Assembly (NCBI RefSeq): GCF_031769215.1
Contig: NW_026782413.1
Span: 310,001 to 374,000, forward strand
Origin: Ylistrum balloti
Lineage: Eukaryota
Direction: 5' to 3'
Length of the DNA stretch: 64,000 nucleotides
Part shown: positions 40,119 through 51,300 of the stretch, piece after piece
How the letters are laid out: each line of letters begins with the position of its first letter
Position numbering within the stretch: the first letter of the stretch is position 1
Notes under the pieces: generated by a model
Told to the model about the DNA's origin: nothing
What the model saw: only the letters and a program-made list of their open reading frames with translations
Database searches by the model: none
Program-made: the position numbers and the translations under genes

Positions 40119-42982
40119 TCAATCGTTGCCGTGTACTTTCTTATCTATTTCTGATTCATTTGATCTCTCTATCTTGCCTTTCTTTTCTATATATTTATCT
40201 ACACTGGCTACTGCATGCAGTCTTCTTTTATTTGTCACTTCTGTCTGGTAGAATTTCTTTCTCTCTGTTGATTCTGGCGAAGCGGGTGGTACAAGGCCAT
40301 CAGATATTTTGTAGTAAACAGTTGTGGAATCTGTATCCATAATGGCCATGGTTATACTGAAATATATACCAATAACATCTTCACTAAGATTCTGTGGATA
40401 CTATTTTATATCAATACATGTTAGAAATTATGAAACAAATTCATCCATGTAGATGAAATAAAATACAACACAATATTTTCTTTAATATCAAACTATATTT
40501 TTACAACTCAAGAAAAGGTAACATGCTTTTAACATGTACTAGGGTACACCCAAAAAGTCACGAATTCCGACATGTTGATTATCAATAGAGCAATTCACCA
40601 AGAGAAACAGCCATTGGGACAGCTAATCATCCCCATGGTAACATGATGGATGTCATTCATTAAACCTCACACTTAAATCATACTTCTCTCTTTTTAAATA
40701 AATACATTCACATTGCTATGCAAATGTAATACATAATTCTGAATTTGTACAATTTTTTTGACTCAATTTAAGTGCTCACCCTGATGTGTGGTATTCCTCC
40801 AGACTGACACTGTGGAGGTAGTTCTGGAGATCCCCTGGGGTCAAGGAACATCCGCTGGGTACAGGGAGCACTAACTCTCTAGGGGTGTGTCTTGCTGCAT
40901 GTCCAGATATAAATACAAGGTCAAGGTCACAACAAGGATGAAGTTCAAGGTTCCACCACTGTTTATCTACAAAAATGATACTATAATAGGGGGAATTGTC
41001 CACACACACATGCTCTAGCCACATACAATTCACATGTGTATAGTAGGTTCAAAGAGAGTGACCAAGTCAGCACTACCGTTAAATCCCAAATCATGATTGT
41101 ATAGCCTTTTTTTCTCAGAATGGGAATCACCAGCCATCACAACAGTCCCCTCTGGACCTCTCTTTCAAGGTTACAGGCCTTTATAAATCCAGATTTTACC
41201 ACTAGGATGTTGTGGAAGTACAGACTGATCCAATAAATCAACAAGATGCTCCAATATATATATGTAACAGAGGTCATTATTTATTTCAATGCCTCTGCTA
41301 GGAATCGAACCCGGGACCCCTGGCTTACTAGTCTGATGCTCAATCAATTGAGCTAAAGAGAAGTTCTCTCTAGCCGAGTGGTATATTGCAGCTAGTATTT
41401 TACCAGGGCTACATATACAAACAACTTAATTAACAAGACAGAATAAATACATAACAAATGTAATTTAAAATCACAACAACAGTGCTGACTATTGACACCT
41501 AACACTAACCAAGTCAGCTACATTATCCCAACATAAGCAAACCTAAACCCTTCCTACACTGTATGTATGACACTGACCTAATTTTAGCCTTAACTTAGCT
41601 CTGACTAGGCACACTGCAGAAGAGGACCAGTCATTGAGAGTGGGGAAGAGGATGGGATCCTACTCTAAATCATTCTAGATATGTCTATAATATAATGGAA
41701 GTCAATCTAAATTTCATTACAAATAGTCACTAATGCTAACCCAGACCTAACTTTTGGGCCGGTGTTATCATTCCAGCTCTTTCTAAAACAACTGCAGAGA
41801 GATCTTTATTGTGTTGGACATTCCCACAACAGTCTAGAGCCATTAGCTTATGTTAGTGTTGTACATGTATGTTGTGTAAAAAACTAGATGTGGCTGTGCT
41901 AGTTTTACACATATTTCAGATCATCAGAAGCAGAGCTCTACTGTGTTCCTTATAGTTCCTTAGATATGACCCAGAATCTCCGTTTTGTTACCCTTACCCA
42001 TTCAATATTGTGCTTGTGTATGATGTGAAATCAAAACCAAACTTCAGGTACTCACTTATGTTTCCTGTCTAGTAAGGTACAACTAACTCGTTAACACCCT
42101 ACACATGTGACACAACCTTGTAAACAGACAGAAACTGGTAAGTAGCAGCTAATCTACAGGAGGCATACACTGAAGAAATGCTCCATTCTCCAAAAACATG
42201 TGACAGAGACACTGTATAAAACAACAAGAACCTGCTACAGTTGTATATAAATGATAACAATATGAGAAGTACCTGTTCTCTCACAATAAAACTAGCAATT
42301 AAGTTAATGTGTTAACTTTGTGGCCTGTGTCACTGTCCGAATCATTCTGACGTTCTATCAATTTTTTTTATAAATTTGTCTTGATCTAGAGTCAATGAAC
42401 TGCACGACTAATATAAAAAAAGGTATATTGAACATCAGAATAATTCAGACTACCTATGTCACTGTTTTGTTGGTAAATGTTGTATGGTTATACGTGTACA
42501 GTTGATGCTCTTTTTCACAAACTTTATAGCGGAGAGACTGACTCACCTTCACATAGATCCATGTAAACCAAGAAAGCAGCTTTCATCTGATCCTCATTTA
42601 GGAGCTGGAACTTTTCTATTTCCCTGTACTGTTTAGAAATGGAAAACCAGTATTAATGACTTCCGAAAAACTACATTTCAAGAAAAACTGGAAACGACTA
42701 TATCAAAACTTGAATAAAATACGAAGGTAACTCGGTTACTAGATCTCTGCTCACTAGGCCTATATATAAGTTGTGGAGGATAAATCACTTTATCATAGCT
42801 ATATGTACCGACAGAGAGTGTATGACTACAGTATCTGCAACATGTCGAGCTACGTGGTAAATCTAACACGATTTTTTTAATTTTTCATCGTGTCCAGCTA
42901 CCTGTATATAGGTTAAATTATTAATGCTAACCTTAGGGTGTTGGTACATGGACGATCTTTCATCTTTCTCTTCTTGAAGCAT
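40119..42982 (-). CDS. TSEN15: tRNA-splicing endonuclease subunit Sen15 (4 exons, 185 aa)
   Basis: Exons 42932-42982 (MLQEEKDERSSMYQHPK), 42547-42628 (YREIEKF...AAFLVYMDLCE), 40780-40966 (DKQWWNLELH...LVLPVP), 40119-40356 (ITMAIMDTDSTTVYYKISDGLVPP). Phases 0/1/2 are consistent, 558 nt in total. The HPKY, FLVYxDL and AIxxxDSTxVYYKxxDG motifs match Sen15. Confidence 0.88.
41263..41413 (-). mobile_element. 151-bp solo-LTR-like element (TGTAAC...GCTACA, TATA target-site duplication) containing a tRNA-like sequence
   Basis: TG at 41263, CA at 41412-41413, and tata on both flanks (41259-41262 and 41414-41417). It lies in TSEN15 intron 2. Confidence 0.6.
41290..41362 (-). pseudogene. tRNA-Thr(AGT)-like pseudogene inside the LTR-like element
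   Basis: 73 nt TTCTCTT-TA-GCTC-AATTGATT-GAGC-A-TCAGA-CTAGTAA-GCCAG-GGGTC-CCGGG-TTCGATT-CCTAG-CAGAGGC-A. The D arm and A/B boxes are intact, the anticodon stem is broken and the acceptor stem pairs 5/7. Confidence 0.65.
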
Positions 42983-43241
42983 GGCTCTCCGATCTTAATA
43001 TAACTTAGGTGATTCCCATAACAAAGTCCCGTGAAATCTCGCGATAATACTTTAATCCAATCAAACACACCATTCTAAAATTAGGAACAATAACATGTTG
43101 TCAGAGTCTGTAAATAGTAGTTGTTCGTCGTTACCCTACGGTTGTGCAATGTCAGCTATATAAAAAGATCAGCAATGATAAATCCAGTGCCATTTGTTGC
43201 CTGCCTCGCCAGTTGGTACTGCCAAGCATTAGTTAAGTTTC
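42983..43241. promoter_or_regulatory. Bidirectional promoter between TSEN15 and the RING-H2 gene
   Basis: Only 259 bp separate the divergent ATGs. It contains TCTCGCGATA (43037-43046, near match to the TCTCGCGAGA motif) and CCAATCA (43057-43063). Confidence 0.6.
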
Positions 43242-44976
43242 ATGGCGTCTATTTTACTAATGGCAACGCCGACCGAAAAAGTTTCGTTTTCTGACTCCGT
43301 AACGACAGGAGACGGCAAAATTTGCCCATCGCCAATGTCCACCTTCGGAAGCGATGTCATGGACAACTTGTATTTGCATGCGTCAAACGCTGGTGTTTTT
43401 GTAAGAACAGACTACTCTGAGTTAGCATCCAAGGCTACAAATAATCTGCAACGATTAGAAGGTAAATATAAGAAGAGAATATGTGCATATGCTTAATACG
43501 CATGACCTACTTTCGCTTTGTTTTGTTTCGTTTTTTATTGTCATGCGGTAAATCATGTTAGAATACATTTAATTGGACTTGAAATAGTATTCAATCAGCG
43601 TTATATGTGAATAGAATAGTCGATAAAACGCAATGATCATATATCCTATCAACTTATTTCGAGGTGATTTTGAGAAAGATACACGTAAAGAGTGCATACT
43701 TATCAAATATATGTATATCTCTGCATGGTTCTGTAAAGATTCGCCTTACAAATTTGTCTGAATAGTTGAAACTCTCTGTCATGGTAGGAAGGTGGCTAAA
43801 GCTCTACAGACTACTTTGAGTCAATAAATCGTGTATGATAGAGAATACTGAACACACAGTGTTGTGTTATCAAAAGCAGTCATGATAACAAATGTTTTAT
43901 ACCTCATTCTAACAGAACTGACAACAGACAAGATGATAAACAACACGGACGATAATCTTGATGAAGATGAAGATACTGATGAAGTAATCAATGAGATTGT
44001 AACTATTGCTGTTTTTGCAACCAACATGAGGAAAAATGACATTCAGTGTGAAAAAGATAAATATCATATTAAAATTAAAAGAGAAGTGAACATTAAAAAA
44101 CACAAAAAGAAAAATGTGAAGAAACAGAAGAGGAAGAATGTTGCAGAAGATTTTGGCTTTTTAAATGTATCCCTTTTCCCTCGGCCATGTCATGTTCCAG
44201 AAGATAATGATGAAAGTGCCTTGGAACGGTTTTATGCAGTAGAACAAAGTCTCAATGATTTTGAAGATTTAGTTGCACCCTATGAAAAAGAATTAGATAT
44301 TGAAGGAAGGCACACAAAAATGGATAAACACTTGCGTAGTGATAAAGACAGGAAAAAAACAAAAGCTCACATACAAGTAAAGGACAAATATTGTAAAAGT
44401 GTAAAAAACAACGGGGGACGTAAAAAGTTGTTTGTTCATCACAGAGTCTATAAACTCATGGAGCTCGAGATACAAAGACTTTCTTACATGCCAAGTCCAA
44501 AGAGGGCAACACGTGATTTACAGCGGGAAGAAATGAAGGCGATTAAGCACACTCCAGTTCGTCCAGCATACAATCCACATTTCAGGCCTGCCCCTCGAGG
44601 AGGCATCCAAAATTTGGCTTATGCCATTGACAACAACAATGCTGCACAGGACCTTGACAGTGCACTTGTGAATGTTCTGATAACACTTCAGCACAGGGAC
44701 CTGACACCCGAGGACTATGAAACACTTCTAAGACTGGATGAGAATGTGGCACCAAAAACATTACAGAAAGATGTTTTAGAATCGTTTAGGACTGACATTG
44801 TAAATGAGAGTGGGGTCCATGAAACATGTTCAATATGTATGGACCAATATACAATAGGACAATCTAGGAAGTTTCTACCCTGTAATCATGTTTTTCACAC
44901 AAACTGTATTGATATGTGGTTGGAGAATTCATCTCTGAATTGTCCAATTGATAATTTACCAGTGTCTAACAGCTGA
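43242..44976 (+). CDS. RING-H2 finger protein, probable E3 ubiquitin ligase (2 exons, 426 aa)
   Basis: Exon 43242-43461 (GAA G|gtaaat, phase 1) joins in frame to 43916-44976 (ctaacag|AA CTG). C-terminal C-x2-C...C-x-H-x2-H-x2-C...C-x2-D: CSICMDQY...LPCNHVFHTNCIDMWL...CPID, preceded by LQHRDLTPEDYETLLRLDE. AATAAA near 45594. Confidence 0.88.
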
Positions 44977-45689
44977 CAGGGAACGTGTGAATATCCCAAC
45001 TAATTATCACTTGAACATACAGTTTAGTCTTATGAACATTATAATTGCGGGAGTGTTTGTAAGGCTGTATGACTACTACAGAAATTATGACGTGAAATGT
45101 CACATGCCGTCTATAATTGCAGTTGTATGACTACTTGTAAGAAGTTGTTTGACTAATATTAAAGCATGTTTTGCCTTGATATGGCATTTATAGCTGTTAT
45201 AAATGACAGATTGATCACTGATTATATTTTAATTGCCAACACTTTCTTGCTGATTTATGAACATTCTGATTTTATCTAAACTCAGTTGTTCATTACTGAC
45301 AGTATAATGCTTTGTAGGGAATATTTTGATGGCGTTCCGTCGGTTTCTATGGTAACAATTGAGGTTTAATGATGCTCATGCAAGAAACAGGATTTGATGT
45401 CGGACAACTTCACTTCTGTCATACAGGTGTATGTAAGGAATTTACTTTCCAAATTTAATATTTTACCTTTACTGAATATGCTACAATTTACATATATTTC
45501 AGATTTATTTACATATTTTTTTTATAAAATATTTATTCTACAACTTGTATTGAAACAGTGCAGTTGAACGGTTTCTTTACATGACAATGTTTCAATAAAA
45601 AGACAAAACAAAATACATCAGTTTTATTTCTTATGAAGTTTTAAGTGTTTGTCAAAAACAATATGAAAACCTCCAATCTGTTGTCTGGG

Positions 45690-46200
45690 TGCCCTAGGGA
45701 CATAAGATATCCCACATCTTTTGGTGGTGACCTACATGTAGCTACATTGTGTAGTTGTGAAACAAATAGGTAACACATACTGCTCTGCTGTTGTTACCTG
45801 CATGCATAGAATTTCAAACAGATCTACTAGTACTTCTCAAGCAATAGTGATAAATAACACCACCATGGCCACCCAACTTAGATATCAAGGATAATATTTG
45901 TGAAATTTGAGAAAGATCCATACAACAAACTTTCTTGAACAAAATCTAAGATGGCCACTTCCAGTTGTCAGCCATTTCGATTTTTTTATCTGAACCCAAA
46001 TCTAAAGGCCACAACAAGGGACCACCAAGTGGAAACTACAGTATGGACAGACCAGGGATGAAGGGTGATTTGAATAACTCACTATCTGATGATTATGAAA
46101 GGAAAAACCTGTTAGACTGGACTTTGGCCAAGAGTCCAGAAGTTCTTGTGGCACAAGGCATTGTCATAGAGTTTGTGGACTTCCCTGCTAGATCTTAAGT
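45690..46200. mobile_element. Probable Helentron-associated repeat remnant
   Basis: gggtgccctagggacataagatatcccac start, tttgtgaaatttgagaaagatcca and accaagtggaaactacagtatggacagacc blocks. Pattern-based; it explains ORF 45965..46198. Confidence 0.4.
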
Positions 46201-46938
46201 ATACAAAACAAAAAGAAAAGTAGTAGGGGCTGGAACTCTCTGTTGTTGTCACATTCAAAGGAGTTTTTACTGCTAACTACCAAACAAATGAATATAAATT
46301 TTTAAATCCATTGATTACATTGTACATATAAGGAAAATATGTAAATAGAACAACATTACTTTAAAGTTGAATTTATTGATTTTAAACATACACATGACTT
46401 AAACCCTATAAAGTAAACATATAATGGTGTGGATTTTTGTTAGTATGTATAAGTCAAATAAGAAAAAGAGCAATATTTCCAAGATATGTCAGCACACCAC
46501 ATTTCCATAAAATATTGTTTGGGTGACATATATAATTAGTAGATGAAATCAGAATTATGAATTTCTCTTTTTGTTTTATCATTTATGAAAGCTGTCTACA
46601 ATAATATTACCTCTTATTAGCAAAAGTGGATAAAGGACCACAGCTTGATATAGTTTAATTGGCATGAACAATTGTGTGAAGACAGTGCCACCTGGTGTAA
46701 CTATACTTGCATACACAGGATTTTGAAAATATGAAAGCATGTATGTTCACATTTTTGTTACTTACACACTTAGAATACACATATAATAGGACCAATAAGA
46801 TACCTAGAAACTAAGTAACATAACTGTGGGTTTATTGATACTGGTAGTACGTCGTCTCGGGGTTAGTAAGTACATTTTTTATGTCTCTATATGAATCTGG
46901 TTGTCAAGCAAACCCAGTCCCCATAACGACAAAGATAG

Positions 46939-47090
46939 TACCGTAAATATTCGCGTATAGTGCGCACTCGCGTATAGTGCGCAGGTACTTTTTGGAGATC
47001 AGATTTTAAAAAAAAAATCTTCAGAAAAATTAATTGACTGGTCACTGCGACGAAACATTTGATGTGGTCTGATCCATTAATAATTAGGAA
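46939..47090 (+). mobile_element. Truncated pogo/Tigger-like MITE 5' end
   Basis: TA-CCGTAAATATTCGCGTATAGTGCGCACTCGCGTATAGTGCGCA, with the duplicated subterminal motif typical of such ends. The second end was not found. Confidence 0.4.
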
Positions 47091-47764
47091 ATCACAATGA
47101 GCGTGACCCTAACACAGGTAATTACCTTAAGTAAACAAATTTACCCAGGTGACCTAACATTTCATCTCGGAGTTTCTAATTACATATTTTATATCTGAGA
47201 AATGAATCTGGTTGTCAAGCAAACCCAACATCTGTAAATAATGTACATAAATATAAGGAAGTTCATGTAAGTCACGTGGTTTATTTTAGAATCTGCTTAG
47301 AATGTACACGAGAGTGATCAACTCCTCAGACCACCTGGGTGATGGAGTTAAAATTTGATAAGAGATTCCATCAAAACAAACACCTGTTACAATACCACAG
47401 TCCTTCTCAAACACTTGTATTGTTGATGGCGGTAGGGATAGCCCAGTTAGTTCGGCAAACAACATATTCATTCAGTGAATATATATATATATAAACACAG
47501 TCTGCTTGCTCATTGTGAAATACCTTCTGTACAGTAGCAATACAGTATTACAGGTGACCTACAGTATATACACACAGATCTGCCATATATTTTACAATTG
47601 ATATAGACCTGAACATAAATAACATTTTACATATGAAACAAACATTTTGAAGATCATGTCATACATATACTTTAGGTGAACATTCAAAATATACAAACAA
47701 TGTATAACAACTAGAACACATAGAGAATTTCAACATTTTACTTTGTATCACTATTAAATTTTAG

Positions 47765-48015
47765 AATTAAAACTGTTTTGTACTAACACCAGCCACGTGG
47801 CACTAATCACAAATTAAAATGGTTTTGTTCTAACACCAGTGACAGGGTATACTAATAACAAATTTAAACTGTTTTGTACTAATACCAGTGATGGGGTACT
47901 AATAAATTAAAACAGTTTTGTACTAACACCAGCGATGTGGTACTAATCACAAATTGAAACGGTTTTGTACTAACACCAGTGACAGGGTATACTAATAACA
48001 AACACCAGTGATAAT
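47765..48015. repeat. ~47-50-bp tandem repeat (about 5 copies), probably in the SelJ 3' UTR
   Basis: ttttgtactaacaccag...tactaat(a/c)acaaatt recurs. Confidence 0.8.
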
Positions 48016-48162
48016 GACAAATAAATTATAATAATTTTTTCAAGGACTTGAAAGATGAAATATTTCATCATAAAATATAAACACAAAAAACCACAGGTAA
48101 TCACTGAAACCTGATAAAATATCATTACTTATATAACAGCAACAAAAGACAGTAAAAAGTTC

Positions 48163-48227
48163 AAATTAGCATTTCCGATTCCATCTTCTCATCGAGTTTT
48201 GGATGGTACCATCATTAGCATTAACTT
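48163..48227 (-). promoter_or_regulatory. SECIS element (eukaryotic type II) in the selenoprotein J 3' UTR
   Basis: Minus strand AAGUUA-augcua-AUGAU-GGUACCAUC-C-AAAA-CUC-gau-GAG-aa-GAUGGAAUC-GGAA-augc-UAAUUU. It shows helix I, the AUGA/GA quartet, a 9-bp helix II with one A-A mismatch, apical AAAA and a CUC/GAG ministem; it lies about 100 nt after the stop codon. Paired by hand. Confidence 0.8.
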
Positions 48228-48329
48228 ATCTCCCTTTTTAAAGTTTTGTTGTCCTTAGCATATGTGGTTTACAGACTCTGCCCCATCGACTTCATCAGTG
48301 TAACTGGAAACAATTCTTTGTAATAAAGT

Positions 48330-51300
48330 CTATTGGGGCGTTATAACACAGAGTTCTTGAGTAAGTTGTTCATTTTCTTTATATCTTATGGTCTTTTCCT
48401 TCCATTCGTCTGGAATAACATCCACACCATACTGTAACAGTGAGAACAAATATGAGAAACAGGCTCTTGTATCATTTACTGGTCAGGAGCTCTAAGTCAT
48501 GCCACTTCCATAGTTTGAAAATGTGTGAGCTGTGAGAAAGCTTGTATGTAACCTCCTGCACTATAACTCATACCTTCCTAGTACAGGTACTTACCCAAGC
48601 TGTGAGACAGGCCCTATGTAATGAAAATATAATATACTAGAGCTATTTGTCATACCTATATACTTACTTAAAAAACAGGCCCATATGTAATCTATTGCAG
48701 CTCTAATTCATAATCTTACTACGGGTATATACTTACCTGAGCTGTGAGACAGGCCCCTATGTAATCTACTAGAGCTGTAAGTCATACCCTTACTTTATAC
48801 TTACCTGAGCTGTGAGACATATGATATACTTACCTGAGCTGTGAGACAGGCCCATATGTAATCTACTAGAGCTGTAAGTCATACCCTTACTTTATACTTA
48901 CCTGAGCTGTGAGACATATGATATACTTACCTGAGCTGTGAGACAGGCCCCTATGTAATCTACTAGAGCTGTAAGTCATACCCTTACTTTATAATTACCT
49001 GAGGTGTGAGACATATGATATACTTACTTGAGCTGTGAGACAGGCCCCTATGTGTTCTATTAGACCTGTAAGTCATACCCTTGCTATATACTTACCTGAG
49101 CTGTGAGACAGGCCCCAATGTAATCTACTAGAACTGTAAGTCATACCCTTACTATTTACTTACCTGATCAGTGAGACATATGATATACTTACTTGAGCGG
49201 CGAGACAGGCCCCTATGAAGCCAGCTCGTGAGCTGTTGCAGCCTCCATTACGAATGGTGGCTTTGACTGCTGCAGTATATTCAGTGTGGGAAACTACTCC
49301 ATGTAAAGCCAGTTGGAAAGACCCAGGCATTACTGCAATAACCAAAGTGAAACAACTAGATAATCTAAGCTTAAAATGTCTACAAACTAAAACCATTAAA
49401 GTTGATACTTAGTATCTTGAAAGTTGTCTATGCCAGACGTAATCAGGACCTATTATTCATGATGGCACTAACCAGGACCTAGGTTATTCATAGTGGAACT
49501 ACCATAATAAGGACATAGTTTATCCATACTGGCGTTACAATAGTCAGGGACTAGGTTATCTATACTGGACCTAAAGAGGGCCCACAACCCTATCTATGCT
49601 GAACCTTATCAGAACCTAGGTTATCCATACCGGAGCTACCATAACCAGGACCTAGGTTATCCATACTGGAGCTACCATAACCAGGACCTAGGTTATCCAT
49701 ACTGGAGCTACCATAACCAGGACCTAGGTTATCCATACTGGAGCTACAATAATTAGAACCTAGGTTATCCATACTGGAGCTACAATAATCAGGACCTAGG
49801 TTATCCATACTGGACCTAAAGAGAGCCCACAACCCTATCTATGCTGAACCTTATCAGAACCTAGGTTATCCATACTGGAGCTACCATAACTAGGACCTAG
49901 GTTATCCATACTGGAGCTACCATAACCAGGACCTAGGTTATCCATACTGGAGCTACCATAACCAGGACCTAGGTTATCCATACTGGAGCTACAATAATCA
50001 GGACCTAGGTTATCCATACTGGAGCTACCATAACCAGGACCTAGGTTATCCATACTGGAGCTACAATAATCAGGACCTAGGTTATCCATACTGGAGCTAC
50101 CATAATCAGGACCTACAAACTACAAATCTATACTTAACCTAAAGAGGATCCACAACCCTATCTATGGTGGACCTAAAGAGGGCCCTCACCCCTATCTATG
50201 GTGGACCTAAAGAGGGCCCTCACCCCTATCTATGGTGGACCCACCTAAAGAGGACCCACACCCCTGTCTATGGTGGACCTAAAGAGGGCCCTTACCCCTA
50301 TCTATGCTGGACCTAAAGAGGGCCCTCACCCCTATCTATGCTGGACCTAAAGAGGGCCCTCACCCCTATCTATGCTGGACCTTAAGAGGACCCACAACCC
50401 TATTTATGGTGGACCTAAAGAGGGCCCTCACCCCTATCTATGCTGGACCTAAATAGGGCCCTCACCTCTATCTATGGTGGACTTAAAGAGGACCCTCACC
50501 CTATTTATGGTGGACCTAAAGAGGACCCACAACCCTATCTATGGTGGACCTAAAGAGGACCCACACCCCTGTCTATGGTGGACCTAAAGAGGGCCCTTAC
50601 CCCTATCTATGCTGGACCTAAAGAGGGCCCTCACCCCTATCTATTTAGGACTTAAAGAGGACCCTCACCGTATTTATGGTGGACCTAAAGAGGACCCACA
50701 CCCCTGTCTATGGTGGACCTAAAGAGGGCCCTTACCCCTATCTATGCTGGACCTAAAGAGGGCCCTCACCCCTATCTATGGTGGACCTAAAGAGGACCCT
50801 CACCCCTATCTATGGTGAACCTAACGAGGGCCCTCACCCCTATCTATGCTGGACCTAAAGAGGACCCACAACCCTATTTATGGTGGACCTAAAGAGGGCC
50901 CCCACCCCTATCTATGCTGGACCTAAAGAGGGCCCTCACCCCTATCTATGGTGGACATAAAGATAACCCACACCCCTGTCTATGGTGGACCTAAAGAGGG
51001 CCCTTACCCCTATCTATGCAGGACCTAAAGAGGGCCCTCACCCCTATCTATGCTGGACCTAAAGAGGGCCCTCACCCCTATCTATGGTGGACCTAAAGAG
51101 GACCCACAACTCTATTTATGGTGGACCTAAAGAGGGCCCTCACCCCTATCTATGCTGGACCTAAATAGGGCCCTCACCTCTATCTATGGTGGACTTAAAG
51201 AGGACCCTCACCCTATTTATGGTGGACCTAAAGAGGACCCACACCCCTATCTATGCTGGACCTAAAGAGGGCCCTCACCCCTATCTATGCTGGACCTAAA

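Noticed and set aside
41290-41362. Functional tRNA-Thr gene
   Set aside because: The anticodon stem does not pair and the acceptor stem has two mismatches; kept only as a pseudogene inside a repeat.
47286-47471. 61-aa minus-strand ORF followed by AATAAA, as a possible alternative SelJ last exon
   Set aside because: No phase-0 acceptor puts it in frame and it has no family similarity; the AATAAA near 47280 is more simply the SelJ poly(A) signal.
48256-48300. Alternative SECIS candidate starting ATGAAGTCGATGGGGC
   Set aside because: The AA loop is about 21 nt from the core and I could not form helix II or a matching GA; the 48163-48227 hairpin fits far better.
49590-50089. ORFs with the MDNLGPGYGSSS repeat on the SelJ strand
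   Set aside because: 36-bp intronic minisatellite; the SelJ frame is complete without them and there are no suitable splice sites.
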